DNA from: Candidatus Latescibacterota bacterium
GTDB taxonomy: Bacteria > Latescibacterota > UBA2968 > UBA8231
DNA: 64,000 nucleotides
Reading direction: 5' to 3'
Assembly: GCA_965248265.1 (NCBI GenBank)
Contig: CBDFJF010000002.1
Span: forward strand, 1,504,001-1,568,000
Shown here in pieces: positions 61,322 through 64,000 of this stretch. The notes beneath the pieces are model-generated. The model had not been told where the DNA came from and made no database searches. It saw only the letters and a list, made by a program, of their open reading frames with translations. Every line of letters begins with the position of its first letter. The first letter of the stretch is position 1. A program made the translations under genes and the position numbers.

Positions 61322-62578
61322 TCAGCCCGGCAAGATCCGTTCAACCGGCTCGTGCAATACGGTCTTCACGATAACTTCAGAATGCAGGGTGCGGTGCACC
61401 GGACAGCGCTCGGCGATTTCCAGCAGGCGTTGGCGTTGCACCTCGTCGAGATCGCCACGTAGCTCAATCCTGCGCTCGATGTGATCGATCCACCCATCGG
61501 TAGCCTCGCATTCGGCACAATCCCGCGCGTGAATCTTGCTGTGGCTGGATTCTACAGTCACCGACTCGAGTGGCCACTTCTTTCTGTCGGCGTACATGCG
61601 CAGGGTTATGGAGGTGCAGGCGTTCAGGGAAGCCAGCAACAGATCGTAGGGTGTCGGACCCTGATCTGTGCCGCCAGCGTCAAGGGGTTCATCGGCTACG
61701 AGCTGGTGGCCGCGGACTTCGATGTCGGTGGCGTACCCTGACGGTCCTGTGCGAGCCGTCACAGGGGAGTCCGCCGCTGCCGGGTCCGGCACAGCCTCTG
61801 CTGCCTCGCTGACATCACCCGACAGGTACTTGTGTGCCCACGCGGCGATGACGGAACCGATGTACTGCGAGTCGGCCCTGTTCGAAAGCAGATGATTGGC
61901 CGTGTCCAGCGAGACGAAGCTCTTGGGATGCTTGGCAGCAAGGAAGATGCGAGAGGCATTTTCGATGCTGACCGTTTCGTCGTCAGGGGCATGGAACACG
62001 AGCAGGGCCCGATCCAGGCCGGCGATTGCAGTCTGGGCATCGGCTGCCTCGACATCGTCGAGGAACTGCTTCTTGAAGGTGTAGGTGGTTCCCGCCACGT
62101 CGACCTCGGCCTGGCCCTGCGACACTATGGTTTCTCTTACGGAGTCCAGCACGTGGGTCAGATGGGCGGGCTCGTAGGGCGAGTTGATGGTGGCGACCGC
62201 GACGGAATTCGGTATGGACGATGCCGCCCACAGGGCAGCGGTTCCGCCCAGGGAATGGCCAACCAGAATACGGACCGGGCCGTAGTTGGATTCCACGAAA
62301 CGGGCGGCGGCCAACAGGTCGTCGACGTTGGTGGTGAAGTTGGTGTCGCTGAAGTCGCCTTCGCTGTCGCCGAGTCCGGTGAAGTCGAAGCGCAGGACGC
62401 CGATCCCCTCATTCACCAGGGAACGACTGATGTTCACCGGCGCCTTGAAATCCTTGTTGCAGGTGAAGCAGTGGGCGAAGAGGGCATAGGCTACAGGATG
62501 ATTCCCCTGTGGCTGCTCCAGCAGCGCGGCGAGTTTGTGACCGGACGCGGAATCAATAGTGACCTTCTTCGGGGCCAT
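61322..62578 (-). CDS. Bifunctional alpha/beta hydrolase-OsmC protein
   Basis: [43 protein letters not shown]. Confidence 0.93.
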   Translation of the reverse strand: MAPKKVTIDSASGHKLAALLEQPQGNHPVAYALFAHCFTCNKDFKAPVNISRSLVNEGIGVLRFDFTGLGDSEGDFSDTNFTTNVDDLLAAARFVESNYGPVRILVGHSLGGTAALWAASSIPNSVAVATINSPYEPAHLTHVLDSVRETIVSQGQAEVDVAGTTYTFKKQFLDDVEAADAQTAIAGLDRALLVFHAPDDETVSIENASRIFLAAKHPKSFVSLDTANHLLSNRADSQYIGSVIAAWAHKYLSGDVSEAAEAVPDPAAADSPVTARTGPSGYATDIEVRGHQLVADEPLDAGGTDQGPTPYDLLLASLNACTSITLRMYADRKKWPLESVTVESSHSKIHARDCAECEATDGWIDHIERRIELRGDLDEVQRQRLLEIAERCPVHRTLHSEVIVKTVLHEPVERILPG

Positions 62579-62589
62579 GGTTCTCTCGT

Positions 62590-63345
62590 TTAGCGAAAGT
62601 GCACGTCCGCGGCATGCATTGCTCCCGGTCCTTTGTCCATTCGGAGCAGCTGTCGTTGACGCGGCGTGAGTCCGTCGAACCATTCGGGTGGAAAGTCGTC
62701 GTGGGGATCAAGTTGGAACAGGAGCATGTGTTTGCGGTAATGGCCGAAAAGGGCATGACGGGTACGGTCGCTGGTGTTGGCACCTCCTCCGTGCCAGGTC
62801 TGGCCGTTGAAGACGATCACCGAGCCGGCCGCGGCCGTGGGTTGAAACACGTGCTTGACATCGAATTCCTCCGGAGGCTCGCCCAGTCCGCTCTTGTGCG
62901 AGCCCGGGACCACGCGGGTGCCACCGATTTCCCGACTGAAATCATCCAGCATCCACACCGTATTCATCATCACGGGTGAGGTCATGTTGAGCATGTAGGT
63001 AGGTATGTCGCTGTGCAGACTCTGGTAGCCGTCTCCGGGACGGACGATGCGTGAATTGAGACTGCCGAGGATGAGGGAAGGTTCGAGGAAATGCTCCAGC
63101 AGGGGCAAGACGCGCGGATGGTCGATACATTGGTGGAATACGCGATCGAGGACCGGCAAATTGGAGACGTGGCGGGCAGTGCCACGGTGTGCGTGTTCGG
63201 TGCCCGCTTCCTGCTCGCAGCGGATGAGCGCTTCGCGCATGCCGCTGACTTCATCCGGCGTCAGCACGCCTACGAGCAGGGTGAAGCCATACACCTCTAT
63301 TTCCTGAATGGCCTGTTCCTGTTCGTTCACAGAAGATCTCCTCAC
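62590..63345 (-). CDS. PhyH family dioxygenase
   Basis: LHSDIP, GGTRVVPGSH, WHGGGAN. Confidence 0.9.
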   Translation of the reverse strand: MRRSSVNEQEQAIQEIEVYGFTLLVGVLTPDEVSGMREALIRCEQEAGTEHAHRGTARHVSNLPVLDRVFHQCIDHPRVLPLLEHFLEPSLILGSLNSRIVRPGDGYQSLHSDIPTYMLNMTSPVMMNTVWMLDDFSREIGGTRVVPGSHKSGLGEPPEEFDVKHVFQPTAAAGSVIVFNGQTWHGGGANTSDRTRHALFGHYRKHMLLFQLDPHDDFPPEWFDGLTPRQRQLLRMDKGPGAMHAADVHFR

Positions 63346-64000
63346 ATCAAAGCGTTGGCGATCAAGCGCAGGGCAAGGACGGTGACGAGTACCTTGAAGA
63401 TCTTGCGGAACAAGGCCTCAGAGAGTCGCCGGCGCAATCGGGTGCCGGCGTACGAGCCCACGGTCACGGCCACGATCATGCCGGCGATCAGTGGAAGGTA
63501 CGGGGCAAAGGCGAATCCGATCAGTCCGAAGACGAGTATCTTGAACAAGTGGGTGATCGCCATCAAGAGGCCGGAGGTGATGACGAGCCGATCCTTGGAA
63601 AGGCCCTGCCGCAGCAGGAAAGCATTCGTCAACGGTCCCGTCGCCCCGACGAAAAGGGACAATCCGGTCTGCAATGCTCCGAGGACGGCGAAATGCCCCG
63701 GGAAACGGAAATTCCTTTCGGGAACCGGCACCCAGACGGCCAGCAGGATGAACACCCCCAGGATCAGGGTCATGGTGTCCGGCTCAAGGTGCACGACGAT
63801 GCGGGAACCGAGTAGTGCGCCGACGACGGAGCCCCCCAGAAAGGGCCAAAGAATCGTCCACTGCATATGGCGCAGGCCGAGAGCCACGCGGCTGCAGTTG
63901 GAGGCCAGCTGTACCGCACCGTGCACGGGTATGATGGCGGCCGGGGCCACGAGGCCGGGCATGATGGAAATGAGCATGATGCCGCCGCCCATGCCGATGA
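63342..64000 (-). CDS. TauE/SafE (TSUP) family exporter; start lies outside the window
   Basis: GMGGGIML, IPVHGAVQLASN, GATGP; hydrophobic. Confidence 0.88.
   Translation of the reverse strand, partial: IGMGGGIMLISIMPGLVAPAAIIPVHGAVQLASNCSRVALGLRHMQWTILWPFLGGSVVGALLGSRIVVHLEPDTMTLILGVFILLAVWVPVPERNFRFPGHFAVLGALQTGLSLFVGATGPLTNAFLLRQGLSKDRLVITSGLLMAITHLFKILVFGLIGFAFAPYLPLIAGMIVAVTVGSYAGTRLRRRLSEALFRKIFKVLVTVLALRLIANALM

Overview
GC-rich bacterial window, about 45 intact CDSs. No rRNA, tRNA, CRISPR array or transposase was recognised. A PorU/C25-like peptidase with a YPNP/FlgD-type tail and an EF-hand/dockerin-like secreted glycan protein suggest an FCB-group organism such as Latescibacterota (inference). 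The flanks (1-17.6 kb, 42-64 kb) hold mostly catabolic and housekeeping genes: DgaE/SelA-like PLP enzyme, SDR, TauD, TPP enzyme, MFS, RsmE, two PhyH, beta-propeller glycosidase-like pair, ppc, (R)-amine transaminase-like enzyme, VapBC, GH113-like, C45, OsmC fusion. The centre (18.5-41.7 kb) is a 23-kb signalling array: two paralogous FapA/DUF342 proteins, a tandem solute-binding protein, five sensor kinases, one REC-GAF regulator with no output domain, and two small TM/coiled-coil proteins. No flagellar or che genes are in the window. Four of the kinases end in a shared ~95-aa helical domain that aligns with HPt but lacks the phospho-His, which is the best candidate for an undescribed system. 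Several internally deleted gene stumps and likely leaderless promoters are also visible. All family calls come from reading motifs by eye; no database search was run.
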